A program made the translations under genes and the position numbers. The notes beneath the pieces were generated by a model. That model was not told where the DNA came from, ran no database searches, and saw only the letters and a list, made by a program, of their open reading frames with translations. This document shows positions 1 to 9,674 of a DNA stretch of 64,000 nt, piece after piece. Source of the DNA: a virus. Position 1 is the stretch's first letter. Each line of letters starts with the position of its first letter. The stretch lies in the UHGV virus genome UHGV-1372088, one strand, 5' to 3'.

Positions 1-238
1 ACCTTGCCTGGGGCTCTCTTTAAATTGAGAATGTTATGAATCAACTCCTGACCTGACGCGAAATTAATCTGACACGGTCGCTTACTGTTTTTAAAGAAGG
101 CGAGGTTGTCCATCACTTCGTCTATATATTCTTTGGTTAGTGACATGGGTAAATTCTCTTATTCGCTTTTGATGGCTCTTATACTAACAACACTGAAACG
201 GTTTTCACCAAAAGGAAAAAGGGCTCTCGCCCTTTCCT

Positions 239-520
239 TTAGTCCAAATCATCCGGTTCGTACATCGACTCGATATCGGCAATCGTCAGACTGGACGACT
301 TGATCAACTCAAGCCTTCGTTGTCTTCGCGCTCTCTCGATGCGAACACTGTTAACGGCTTTAGCCATATCCTCGGCGGTCATACACTCCAGAAGGAAGTT
401 GAGCGTCTGCGCCTTACTCATAGATAGTCCGTTCTCGGCAAGGCTCGCTCGTATTTTTTCCAGTCTGGCGTTTGCTTGCTGTGAAAGCTTTACCTGACAG
501 GCTATTGGTTTGTCCGACAT
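239..520 (-). CDS. small hypothetical protein, possibly a ribbon-helix-helix-like DNA-binding protein, co-directional with the helicase
   Basis: 93-aa ORF directly downstream of the helicase on the minus strand. Basic/acidic small protein. No recognisable catalytic motifs. Confidence 0.35.
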   Translation of the reverse strand: MSDKPIACQVKLSQQANARLEKIRASLAENGLSMSKAQTLNFLLECMTAEDMAKAVNSVRIERARRQRRLELIKSSSLTIADIESMYEPDDLD

Positions 521-2113
521 TTACTGTTCCCCCCGTAATATCGAATCAAATTTAAATTGCTGGTTTGTTGGCTGTATGCCTTCTGCAAAACCAGGCGTAG
601 ACTCCACTATCGTTTTTCTCTCCATTGAGTGCTGGAGTAGATTTTTATGAAAACCGTCTACAAAATCGGTTATGAAGCAGACATTGGCCTTTCCTTTTTT
701 TGCTCGTAACCCGCGACCGACACGCTGACGAAACTCAACTTCGGCCTTCCCGCCACCGGCAATTATCACTGCTCCGACGCTCGGCACATCGACACCAACG
801 TCGAGGATTGTCGAACCCACCAGCACATCAATCTCACCTACTGCCAGACTTTTTAGCTTCTTCTTGCGAACATCATGGCTGGACTTGCCGTTGATGAAGT
901 CGCAGCGAATGCCTTGCTCACGCATCATTTCGACAAGGATCTGCCCGTGGCGTTCAATCCTAACAAGAGTCATGCAGTTCAACCCTTGCTTTTTGTAGCT
1001 TAAAGCACTAGAAACAATCAGTTTATTACGTGCGAGATTGTATGTAACCCCAAGTTGGTACGCTTTCTGGTAGGGGTCACGAACATTAAGACGAAAATTG
1101 ATGAATTTATCAGCTTTCTCTTTGTTCAGACGGATCTCATCTGGCACGTAGGTCGAATTGTGATATTGAAAATACGGTTTTGCAAGGATGCCGCGATCAA
1201 TTAGATACTTTTCAGTCACTTTGATCTCAATACGACCAGAAACAGCCATTAGGCGCATATTTGCCTCTGTACTGTCCTTCATGAAGGGGGTCGCTGTCAG
1301 TGCAAGTCGGTAGTCAGCGTTCTTGCACAACTTTGCAATATCGTTAAAGCTGTTCCCGGACGACTCATGCGCCTCTTCAAGTATGAGAAGAGTTACATTT
1401 TCGAGGAACTCACGCATTTTCTGACGCCTAGCCATCTGTTTTTTATATTTTGCCGGCTCCAGACTCTTGGATGGCTCGGCCAGCCAGCTGGAGATGGTCT
1501 GCACCGTGGCAACGTTGATGTATCGTGACGGTTTAAATTCGCCAGCTCCGACGACACCAACCTTCTGACCTTTTAAATTCGGCTCCCCATGTGCGGCGCG
1601 GTAGTCGATTGAATCCTGAAAGGCGTCTGCCATCTGGAACATGAGAAGACTTCGAGTGGTCAGGAATAGCGTCATACGGTTGATTCGCGCCGCCGCTTTA
1701 CATGCGACCTGTGACTTTCCGCCACCGGTAGCGATTTGCGCGATCATCCCACCAGACTTAACCATACGCTCAACCGTCTCATCCTGATAGGCGTAGTGCG
1801 GATTAGGTGGGAAGTTGTTGATGATCGGTTTGGCTTTCCCAAGCGGCTCAACCATTGGCTTGCGAAGGTAGGTGCATTCGATGCCTTTGTTTTTCAGGTT
1901 GTTGGCGATGGAACGCGCGAATCCAGCCGGGAAGGAGTTGGTGCTCCATGAGAACATGGTCGACGTACCCTGCCAGCCGCCACCGCCATACGGACTGTAA
2001 GCGCCTTCTTCGACCTGATAGCTCAGCATATCCTGAATCATCTTTCTAACGTCATCCCCAGCACCGCCGACGACAGCGTTCACGGCGTCACAAACAATTC
2101 TGACCATTGTCAA
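521..2113 (-). CDS. superfamily-2 DNA/RNA helicase (DEAD/DEAH-like)
   Basis: 530-aa ORF. Walker A-like ATGGGKSQVA, DExH-like LILEEAHE, and helicase motif VI QRVGRGLR in the C-terminal domain. Confidence 0.75.
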   Translation of the reverse strand: MTMVRIVCDAVNAVVGGAGDDVRKMIQDMLSYQVEEGAYSPYGGGGWQGTSTMFSWSTNSFPAGFARSIANNLKNKGIECTYLRKPMVEPLGKAKPIINNFPPNPHYAYQDETVERMVKSGGMIAQIATGGGKSQVACKAAARINRMTLFLTTRSLLMFQMADAFQDSIDYRAAHGEPNLKGQKVGVVGAGEFKPSRYINVATVQTISSWLAEPSKSLEPAKYKKQMARRQKMREFLENVTLLILEEAHESSGNSFNDIAKLCKNADYRLALTATPFMKDSTEANMRLMAVSGRIEIKVTEKYLIDRGILAKPYFQYHNSTYVPDEIRLNKEKADKFINFRLNVRDPYQKAYQLGVTYNLARNKLIVSSALSYKKQGLNCMTLVRIERHGQILVEMMREQGIRCDFINGKSSHDVRKKKLKSLAVGEIDVLVGSTILDVGVDVPSVGAVIIAGGGKAEVEFRQRVGRGLRAKKGKANVCFITDFVDGFHKNLLQHSMERKTIVESTPGFAEGIQPTNQQFKFDSILRGEQ

Positions 2114-2187
2114 TTTCCTTTTAGGTTTCTTTGTGTTAAAGCGTATGTATAATATGTAAATGGATACTTAAAGGATTATATCAGGAT
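2114..2187. promoter_or_regulatory. divergent intergenic region between the helicase operon (minus) and the ParB-like operon (plus)
   Basis: AT-rich 74 bp containing gtatgtataatatgtaaa. Genes diverge on both sides. Confidence 0.3.
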
Positions 2188-2880
2188 ATGGACATCGAAC
2201 TTAAATTTTTGACGGTTGGCGTCGGCTTGCTCCGGCCCAATCCGTGGAACACGAACACCGTTGGCGCGGCCAATTTTGAGAAGCTGAAAACCTCTATCGA
2301 CCGTCTGGGTTTCTTTAAGCCCGTGCTGGTTCGTGAAGTAGCCGGCGGCTTTTACGAAATCCTTGGTGGCGAACATCGCTGGCGAGCAGCTGTTGAACAA
2401 GGTCGCGAAACTATTGCCATTAACTCGGTGGGCAAGATTGATGACGTTCTGGCTAAGCAAATGTCGCTCGTTGACAACGAACGCTACGGCGAAGACGACG
2501 ATCTGGCACTGCAACGCCTAATCGAAGAGCTCCAGACCTCTCTGGATTACAACTTTTCTGAAATCATCCCAATCGACGACGAGCTGCTGGCCACCGTCTC
2601 TCGCGAAAGCGCTGCCGACTTCGAAAAACTCGAAGAGCTGCTGGCGGAATCTGACGAAGAGGAACTTCCGAAAGACCCGCGCGAGAAGAAAGAGCGTCTG
2701 GGTGTAGACCACCAGACCATGCGCTTCAAGGTCAGCTACGACGTGGCGGAGTCGGTCACCACCATCATCAACCGCATCATCGCGGAGCAGGAAATCAACA
2801 CAGGCAATGAGTCAGAAGACGCAGGGGAAGCGTTGGTGTGGCTTTGCGATCACTACAAGGACGTAACCGATGAAAAATGA
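2188..2880 (+). CDS. ParB N-terminal-domain (ParB/Srx-fold) protein
   Basis: LLRPNPWNTN followed by GGEHRWRAA, which resemble the ParB N-domain signature (NPR box and GxxRxxA motif). Acidic C-terminus. Confidence 0.6.
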   Translation: MDIELKFLTVGVGLLRPNPWNTNTVGAANFEKLKTSIDRLGFFKPVLVREVAGGFYEILGGEHRWRAAVEQGRETIAINSVGKIDDVLAKQMSLVDNERYGEDDDLALQRLIEELQTSLDYNFSEIIPIDDELLATVSRESAADFEKLEELLAESDEEELPKDPREKKERLGVDHQTMRFKVSYDVAESVTTIINRIIAEQEINTGNESEDAGEALVWLCDHYKDVTDEK

Positions 2881-3541
2881 GTTCAAAATCGAGTATCTGG
2901 ACCCCAGGACACTCGTGCCTTACGAAGAAAACGCCAAAATCCACGATGAGCAGCAGATCGCGGACCTGGTTAAAGCCATTCAGAAGCGCGGGTTTGACCA
3001 GCCGATCACGGTAGATGCCAAAATGGTCATCATTACCGGCCACGGTCGTCGCGAGGCTGCAATTCAGGCCGGAATGAAGACGGTCCCGGTGATTGTCCGT
3101 CGCGATCTGTCCGAGGAAGAGACGCGAGCGAAGCGCCTTGAAGATAACCGGCTGGCCAGCACCGATTACGACTCCCTGAAGCTGCAACGTGAGCTGAAAG
3201 AGCTGATTGACGTCGAAATTGACGTATTCGGCTTCTCTGATCGTGAGCTTTCCGTGCTGGTCGAGGATATGACCCGCGATATGGACGTTGACAGCCTGGT
3301 CAGCGATCTGGCAACCGAATCTGAGCGCCAGCGCGAAGAGCACGAAGAGATTAGCTCGACGGTGGCCGCCGGCACTGCGCGTATTACCGACGTTCTGGGC
3401 TTCAAAGAGATCCCCATGAGCGAGGCAATCACTGTCGGAGACCTGATGGCCTACATGGAGGACCAGACCGGTGAGTTCGGCGTCAGCGCCTTCATTGCTT
3501 TTGCTCGCCAGATCAGCGCCGAGATGAATGCCGATGAGTAA
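2870..3541 (+). CDS. second ParB N-terminal-domain-like protein
   Basis: YLDPRTLVPYEEN... ITGHGRREAAIQAG resembles the ParB GxxRxxA region. Overlaps the previous gene by 11 nt. Confidence 0.5.
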   Translation: MKNEFKIEYLDPRTLVPYEENAKIHDEQQIADLVKAIQKRGFDQPITVDAKMVIITGHGRREAAIQAGMKTVPVIVRRDLSEEETRAKRLEDNRLASTDYDSLKLQRELKELIDVEIDVFGFSDRELSVLVEDMTRDMDVDSLVSDLATESERQREEHEEISSTVAAGTARITDVLGFKEIPMSEAITVGDLMAYMEDQTGEFGVSAFIAFARQISAEMNADE

Positions 3542-4178
3542 TTACAACATCAACGTCGCATTCAAGACGCGCGTCAACAAGACCGTTCGAACGCTGGAGA
3601 TCGCCGAGTCCTTTGGGCTCGGCCTCGACGAAAAAGAGTGGGTTCTCTACGACAACCTGGAGCTGAACATCGACCAGGGCGACGTCGTGTACGTTACCGG
3701 TCAGTCCGGCTCCGGCAAATCCGTTGTTCTGCGTGAGCTGCAAAAGCTGATGGCGGCGGAAGGCAAGTCTGTTGCATCCATCGACCAGTTTACCTTTGAG
3801 GACGACAAGAACGTCATCGACCAGATCGGGAAGACCACCAGCGATGCGCTGGGGCTGCTTTCTATGGCTGGGCTGAATGATGCCTATCTGTTCGTCAGAA
3901 AGCCGTCAGAGATGTCTGATGGCCAGAAATACCGTCTCAAAATCGCAAAGCTGATTGAGTCCGGCGCTGATGTCTGGGTGGCCGATGAATTTGGCGCGGT
4001 TCTGGATCGTGTGACGGCGCAGGTTGTGGCATCAAACCTTCAACGAGCGGCAAGGAAAGTGGGGGCAACCGTCATTGTGGCGACGACCCACGAGGATTTG
4101 GTCAATGCGCTGCGGCCGTCAGTGCAGATCACCAAGCACTTCAAGGAACGAGTGAAGGTGGACTATGAAGTTAAGTGA
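3528..4178 (+). CDS. minimal ABC-type ATPase
   Basis: Walker A GQSGSGKS, signature-like SDGQKYRLKIAKL, Walker B VWVADEFGAVLD, H-loop VATTHE. Overlaps the upstream gene. Confidence 0.6.
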   Translation: MPMSNYNINVAFKTRVNKTVRTLEIAESFGLGLDEKEWVLYDNLELNIDQGDVVYVTGQSGSGKSVVLRELQKLMAAEGKSVASIDQFTFEDDKNVIDQIGKTTSDALGLLSMAGLNDAYLFVRKPSEMSDGQKYRLKIAKLIESGADVWVADEFGAVLDRVTAQVVASNLQRAARKVGATVIVATTHEDLVNALRPSVQITKHFKERVKVDYEVK

Positions 4179-4716
4179 TTTGAAAGAGTTCCCAATTCTC
4201 GGCGCACGAGATCAGCGCGAGCTGGTGGACGAAGAGACGTGGAAGGCGTGGATGCGTTCAAAAGGGGCGTATGTGGCCAAGATTGCCCCGTACAACTCCC
4301 GCTTTGCCGTGATGTTTGGTGAAGAGAATTACGTCAACGTCTGCCGTGACCTGTTCTCGCTGGAGATGTCCCAACACATGGAGGGCGCCGGCGGTCTTGT
4401 CACGGTTCCCGGCATGGTCGATTTCGACTACATGCTGCATACCGTGTTCCTGCCGGAAAAATACGATGCGGTGGTTTACTGGCACGAGGCGCTACACCTG
4501 GCGCTGTTTGCGTGTGAAGTGTTCGGCATTAACCCGCTGGAGCAGGAAGCCGTGACCTATCTGCAAGGCCAGATTGTCAAGGATATGGTCTATGCCCGTG
4601 AGCAGTATGTCGCGGACAAGAAGCAGCCCAAGATGGAGGATGAGCCGCCACCGAAGAGTAACCGCAAGCCAAAGGTCGTTGAGACTGAAAAACTGAAGGT
4701 CTGGAGAAAGCAATAA
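4165..4716 (+). CDS. hypothetical protein with an HExxH (HEALH) motif, possible zinc metallopeptidase
   Basis: 183 aa with VYWHEALHLALFACE. Basic C-terminal tail. Confidence 0.35.
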   Translation: MKLSDLKEFPILGARDQRELVDEETWKAWMRSKGAYVAKIAPYNSRFAVMFGEENYVNVCRDLFSLEMSQHMEGAGGLVTVPGMVDFDYMLHTVFLPEKYDAVVYWHEALHLALFACEVFGINPLEQEAVTYLQGQIVKDMVYAREQYVADKKQPKMEDEPPPKSNRKPKVVETEKLKVWRKQ

Positions 4717-5609
4717 TGGACGTCACTATCACGAGGCATCTGCCTGAATCTTTCCCCAAGCACCTCGACTTTATGGAGCGGATCATCGTCACCAGAGGCA
4801 CGGTTGAGGACTGGCATTCACTGAAAGACCTTCACTACAAGACAGACGGTAAGCCGTTTGCGCCAAGTTATTACAAGGCGGAGTTGGATGGTCGGCTGAT
4901 CGGCGTGATGGTGATGGCATTTCCAAAACTGCTGCTGGCCCCGCGCCACCGCATGTTTCCCAAGCTGAAGCCGACCACCAATACGACGGTGGCTAATCAG
5001 TTCTGGGGGCGCAAGGTTAACTCCGAATTTGCGGTCGTCAGCCGTCTGGTTAACGACACGCAGTATCGCGGTCTGGGTCTGTCGTACCGGTTTATGAATC
5101 TGGCGTGTCGTATGCACAACCGCCCGATCCTCGAAATTCAGTCGTCCATGAGCAAATACAACCCATTTGCCATGAAAGCGGGTTTCCAGTTCATCAAACC
5201 AGAAAAGCCCAAGTCTTACGAAAGCGCTCTCAAAGTCTTTCAGCGCCATTTTCGCTCTGATCCTGGCGATAACGAGTCTGTGATGAAAGAACTCTTCACA
5301 ATGGCGGAGGGGCGCAGGAAACGCGCATTGCGAGACTTGGTTGCGGATTACCACAAAAATTCGAGTCTGGCGAAAGCTGGAAGGAACAGAGGCACGACTG
5401 TTCAGGACATTGCTGATTCGCTGGTGGATGAGGCGAGCATTGTGAAGCTGCTGAAAGAGATCCACACACTGAGCTTCACCAGTCCGCTGTATGGCGTGTA
5501 CCGAAACCCGGACTTTGGACGTGAGCTGCCCGACACACTGCCGCTTCTGGCATTTGATAACCAGCCGCTGGACGCGCCGCTGGACTTAACACTTTTGAAA
5601 GGACGCTGA
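4716..5609 (+). CDS. hypothetical protein, possible GNAT-fold acyltransferase
   Basis: 297 aa. EFAVVSRLVNDTQYRGLGLSYRF resembles GNAT motif A (beta-strand followed by R-x-x-G-x-G/A/S). Confidence 0.3.
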   Translation: MDVTITRHLPESFPKHLDFMERIIVTRGTVEDWHSLKDLHYKTDGKPFAPSYYKAELDGRLIGVMVMAFPKLLLAPRHRMFPKLKPTTNTTVANQFWGRKVNSEFAVVSRLVNDTQYRGLGLSYRFMNLACRMHNRPILEIQSSMSKYNPFAMKAGFQFIKPEKPKSYESALKVFQRHFRSDPGDNESVMKELFTMAEGRRKRALRDLVADYHKNSSLAKAGRNRGTTVQDIADSLVDEASIVKLLKEIHTLSFTSPLYGVYRNPDFGRELPDTLPLLAFDNQPLDAPLDLTLLKGR

Positions 5610-5611
5610 AG

Positions 5612-5878
5612 ATGACCTTAACCGACAAACAAAAAGACATTATCAGAACACTGAGCTTGGGCCACGAAAGAGACGAGTTGCTTGATCTGGATGAGTTGCT
5701 TGAGTTGCTGCCCTACACAACAACCAAACAGAGCATTCAGTTTTCGATTCGTATCCTGATTAAGAAAGGTCTGGTCGAGAAGCATGGCATCCGTCAACGC
5801 GCGACGGACGGCCGCCAGCGTCGAGTTTTGGGGTTGACGGCTATCGGCCGAGCGAAAGTGAAGTTGATGCGGATCTAA
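5612..5878 (+). CDS. small hypothetical protein, possible winged-helix DNA-binding protein
   Basis: 88-aa basic protein ending the cassette. Confidence 0.3.
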   Translation: MTLTDKQKDIIRTLSLGHERDELLDLDELLELLPYTTTKQSIQFSIRILIKKGLVEKHGIRQRATDGRQRRVLGLTAIGRAKVKLMRI

Positions 5879-5886
5879 CGTCGAAC

Positions 5887-5946
5887 ACCCCTATATGTTT
5901 TAAAGGATCTTAAAAGAAAGTTATTAAATATATACAGAGCTAGGTC
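5887..5946 (+). repeat. copy A of a ~60-bp repeated element (cccctatatgttttaa..gaaagttattaaatatatacagagctagg)
   Basis: Near-identical copies at 43174-43230 (same orientation) and 43419-43477 (inverted). Confidence 0.8.
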
Positions 5947-6008
5947 TTTTTTATCGCGAAAACAGGATGTTTTAGGCGTAAAGGAACCATAAGGCTAAGG
6001 ATGGCAAG

Positions 6009-6641
6009 ATGAGTACCGAAGTAAAGAAAAAACTCACCCCAGCTCAATGGGTTGAAGTTGAAGTTAAATGGAAATCAGGTGAATACACCCTTTCGGCTCT
6101 GGAAGAAGAGTATGGGCTCAGAACCGAGACTTTCTCTCGTTACTTCAAGAAGAAAGGCATTTCCAAAGGCTCAGACTCTGTTTCGGACATGATCCGTGAG
6201 TCTTTGAAGTCCGATTCGGAACAGCGAGCGCTGGCGCGAGCAAAGCTGGTGGAGGACCGGAGAGACAGCTTCGATAAAATCTCCAACCAGATCGCCGGTT
6301 TGACCATGAAAGAGATTCACGCGGCCAGGAGTGAAAGTCGGCCGCTTTCGGTGATCGAGGATAACCTAAAGTCACTTCAACGCGCCTCAGCGATCATCGG
6401 CAAATGTTTCGACATCTCCAGTCGCGCTTTAGGTCTGGAACGAGAAGAAATGGCAGGCGATGAAATTCCGAATCTGGTCTTCGGTGAATTGACGCCGACG
6501 CAGGTTCAAGAGCTCAGGAAGATGGACGAAGGTAATTCTCTGTCTGACGATCTTGAAGAGCTCGAAGAGCTTGAGAAATCGCTCGGCGCAATCCCGGATG
6601 AGGACGACGAGAGTGAGGACGACGAGGAAGGGGAAGAGTAA
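6009..6641 (+). CDS. terminase small subunit (putative)
   Basis: 210 aa immediately upstream of, and overlapping, TerL. N-terminal helix-turn-helix-like region and acidic C-terminus. Confidence 0.5.
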   Translation: MSTEVKKKLTPAQWVEVEVKWKSGEYTLSALEEEYGLRTETFSRYFKKKGISKGSDSVSDMIRESLKSDSEQRALARAKLVEDRRDSFDKISNQIAGLTMKEIHAARSESRPLSVIEDNLKSLQRASAIIGKCFDISSRALGLEREEMAGDEIPNLVFGELTPTQVQELRKMDEGNSLSDDLEELEELEKSLGAIPDEDDESEDDEEGEE

Positions 6642-7897
6642 TGGCCCTTCCAAGTTCGTTAAGCCTGATTCAGCTGCATTCCGGGCAGATGAAGGTATTC
6701 AAGGCGCCGCACCGCTTTAAGGTGGTGTGTGCTGGTCGTCGTTGGGGGAAGTCGATGCTTTCCATCTCGATGATCATGCGAGCGGCGGCCAAGGACCGTA
6801 AGCAGCGAGTGTGGTACATCGCGCCATCCTACCAGATGGCGAGGCAGATCTTGTGGGACGCGCTGAATGAGGCGATACCGCGCAAGTGGATTATGAAAAA
6901 GAACGACACGACGATGACCATCGTGTTGAGGAACGGTAGCGAGATCTCGCTGAAGGGGGCGGATAAGCCCGACTCCCTGCGCGGTGTTGCATTGAACTTC
7001 GTCGTTCTCGATGAGTTTCAGGATATGAAGCCGGACACCTGGTACAAGGTACTTCGTCCGACGCTGTCCTCAACTCGCGGCGGTGCGCTCATCATCGGTA
7101 CGCCGAAAGGCTTCTCTGAGTTCCACAAGCTGTGGCAGATCGGTCAGGACGAGACGATGCAAGCGCGGGGCCAGTGGAAAAGCTGGCAGTTCGTGACGGC
7201 GGACTCTCCGTTCGTACCAGAGAGCGAAGTTGAAGCCGCGAAAAACGATATGGACCCGAAATCGTTCGCGCAGGAATACCTGGCGTCGTTCGAGAATATG
7301 TCCGGTCGTGTTTATTATCCGTTTGACCGTGATATCCACGTTAAGCCGCTGGCGTTCGACAGTCGTCTTCCAGTCTGGGTAGGTCAGGACTTCAACATCG
7401 ACCCAATGTCGTCTGTGATATTGCAGCCGCAGCCGAACGGGGATTTGTGGGCGATTGATGAGATCGTGCTGTTCTCTTCGAACACGGCAGAAGTCTGCGA
7501 TGAGCTGGAAAGACGCTACTGGCGGCAGAAGTCGCAAATTACCGTCTTCCCTGACCCGGCCGGTGCATATCGCCAGCACGCTCGCGGTGAATCGGATACC
7601 GACATTTTCAAAGAGAAAGGCTTTTTGAGAATCGATCACCCGAAAAAGCACCCGCCTATCGCTGACCGTGTGAACGCCGTAAACCGTCGTCTGATGACGG
7701 CATCCGGGGAGGTACGACTGTATATTGACCCGAAATGTAAGCACCTGATTGAGTCTCTGGAGAAGGTGATTTACAAGCCTGGCAGCCGTGATATCGATAA
7801 AACAGGCAATGTGGAGCACAGCGCCGACGCCCTGGGCTATCCGGTACACCGTAGATACCCGGTGAAAAATCGTGTTATTGTTGGCGGCAGTAGATAA
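6641..7897 (+). CDS. terminase large subunit
   Basis: Walker A VVCAGRRWGKS, Walker B VVLDEFQDM, and a C-terminal nuclease-like region. Sits in the typical TerS-TerL-portal order. Confidence 0.8.
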   Translation: MALPSSLSLIQLHSGQMKVFKAPHRFKVVCAGRRWGKSMLSISMIMRAAAKDRKQRVWYIAPSYQMARQILWDALNEAIPRKWIMKKNDTTMTIVLRNGSEISLKGADKPDSLRGVALNFVVLDEFQDMKPDTWYKVLRPTLSSTRGGALIIGTPKGFSEFHKLWQIGQDETMQARGQWKSWQFVTADSPFVPESEVEAAKNDMDPKSFAQEYLASFENMSGRVYYPFDRDIHVKPLAFDSRLPVWVGQDFNIDPMSSVILQPQPNGDLWAIDEIVLFSSNTAEVCDELERRYWRQKSQITVFPDPAGAYRQHARGESDTDIFKEKGFLRIDHPKKHPPIADRVNAVNRRLMTASGEVRLYIDPKCKHLIESLEKVIYKPGSRDIDKTGNVEHSADALGYPVHRRYPVKNRVIVGGSR

Positions 7898-7929
7898 GTA
7901 AACACATACATACATAGCAAGGATGCGAA

Positions 7930-9483
7930 ATGGGATTAACAAGTAAGGATATTCAGGCACTGGTGAAGCGCCGACACCCTGAATATGAATTGAGAAAGGC
8001 ACATTGGGACTTCATCGCCGCCACCTACGTCGGTGGCCGCGAGTGGTTCAAGCACAATATCTTCCGCTACTTCAAAGAAGGTGACGAAGAGTATCGCGAG
8101 CGCGTTGAACGTGCTTACCGCTTCAACCATTCGCGCGAAGTGGTCAATCTGATCAACAAATACCTCTTCAAAGAGGGGATCACCCGAACCGAGGATGATG
8201 CGCCGGAGGCAATTAAAAACTTCTGGCTGAAGGCAACACGCCAGGGCGTCACCATTGACGAGTTTATGGCGGAGCTGGACCTGCAATCATCCATCTACGG
8301 GCGGATTTGGATTGTTGTCGACAGCACATTGTCTGGTGACGTTGAGTCCGTGGCCGACCAGAAGAAGCAGAATGGTCGGGCATACGCTTATTGGGTTTCT
8401 CCGCAGCAGTTGCTCGACTGCGCGTATGACGACGACGGGCAGCTTATCTGGGCGCTTATCTGCGAAGTGGCGCGTGATGATGCAGATCCTTTCACATCGT
8501 CCGGCAAAGAGTTCCTGCGTTATCGTCTCTGGACCCGCGAGCAGTGGTATCTTTTCCGTGAGGAAGGTAAACGCGCTGGTGGATTGCCTAAAGTCGTTCT
8601 GGACGGCAGTGGCGATCATAATCTTGGCGTCGTGCCGGTCTTCCCGCTGGATTGTTCCGGGCAGGGTGAATCGCCGTACTTCAGCCCATCGCTGATTGAC
8701 GACATTGCGTATCTGGACCGGGCGGTAGCGAACTATCTGTCCAACCTTGATGCGATCATCCAGGACCAGACCTTCTCGCAGCTGGCCATACCGGTTCAGG
8801 CGATGTTGCCAGGCGATGAGAATCACGCAAAGGTGATGGAGATGGGGACCAAGCGCGTTTTCTCCTTTGACGGTGAGAATGGGGCGCAGCCGTTCTATCT
8901 GTCGCCAGATCCGAAGCAAGCCAGCATCATCATTCAGGCCATTCAGCAGATCATCAACGAAATCTACCATTCGGTGGGCGTCGCAGGTGAGCGCACCAAG
9001 CAGGATAATGCCGCCGGCATAGACAACTCTTCTGGCGCGGCGAAGATGTACGACTTCCAGCGCGTGAACTCGTTGCTGGTGGCGAAATCTGGCCGCCTGA
9101 AGCTGGCAGAAGCCCGTATGATTGAACTGGCGGCGAAATGGATGGGTGTTGGTGACATTGACACGGAACGGCTGCTGACATACCCGGAGAGCTTCGACAT
9201 TCGCGGTCTGACGGACGAGTTTGGCGTGGCGACCAATCTCCAGCTGCTGGGCGCACCGGATTCAGCCCGTCGTTACCAGATGGAGCTGTTGCTCGATAAG
9301 GTCTTCCCGAATCTGACCAAAGAGCGAAAAGCGGAAATCGACAGCGACCTGAAGAAGTACCCGCCGCAGCCGGTTGAGCCAGCACCAGCTGGCGGAGCGA
9401 AGAAGCCCGAGCCGACTACCTCTGCCACCAAGGAAGAGAGCGACAAGAAGGCCGAAAACGATAAGGTTCGCAAGAAAGATTAA
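7930..9483 (+). CDS. portal protein (putative)
   Basis: 517 aa directly after TerL. Size and position fit. Ends in a basic/acidic tail. Confidence 0.6.
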   Translation: MGLTSKDIQALVKRRHPEYELRKAHWDFIAATYVGGREWFKHNIFRYFKEGDEEYRERVERAYRFNHSREVVNLINKYLFKEGITRTEDDAPEAIKNFWLKATRQGVTIDEFMAELDLQSSIYGRIWIVVDSTLSGDVESVADQKKQNGRAYAYWVSPQQLLDCAYDDDGQLIWALICEVARDDADPFTSSGKEFLRYRLWTREQWYLFREEGKRAGGLPKVVLDGSGDHNLGVVPVFPLDCSGQGESPYFSPSLIDDIAYLDRAVANYLSNLDAIIQDQTFSQLAIPVQAMLPGDENHAKVMEMGTKRVFSFDGENGAQPFYLSPDPKQASIIIQAIQQIINEIYHSVGVAGERTKQDNAAGIDNSSGAAKMYDFQRVNSLLVAKSGRLKLAEARMIELAAKWMGVGDIDTERLLTYPESFDIRGLTDEFGVATNLQLLGAPDSARRYQMELLLDKVFPNLTKERKAEIDSDLKKYPPQPVEPAPAGGAKKPEPTTSATKEESDKKAENDKVRKKD

Positions 9484-9487
9484 AAAC

Positions 9488-9515
9488 AGCCCGTCTTTTG
9501 ACGGGTTTTTTATTT
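9488..9515 (+). terminator. rho-independent terminator
   Basis: Hairpin cccgtc tttt gacggg followed by a T-run. Confidence 0.6.
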
Positions 9516-9674
9516 ATTTTCTTGCATTAGCCATTTTTATGTGATTCCATTACGCCATCGTATGTAAATGAATACATACTCCATCCGGTTCGAGAAACTG
9601 AACCAAGATAGCCTCAAGGATTGAGGGTTTGCCATCCGAGAAACTGGATAGCGGATAATACAAAAGGAATTGTT

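Noticed and set aside
2143-2167. The sequence gtatgtataatatgtaaatggatac as a full member of the TATGTA-N6-TACATA family
   Set aside because: It contains the left half-site twice but no right (TACATA) half. Listed only as a degenerate or half site.
9273-9483. Minus-strand small ORFs (for example 8954-9385 and 9273-9473) overlapping the portal gene
   Set aside because: Antisense ORFs are expected by chance in GC-rich coding sequence. They have no RBS or motif support.
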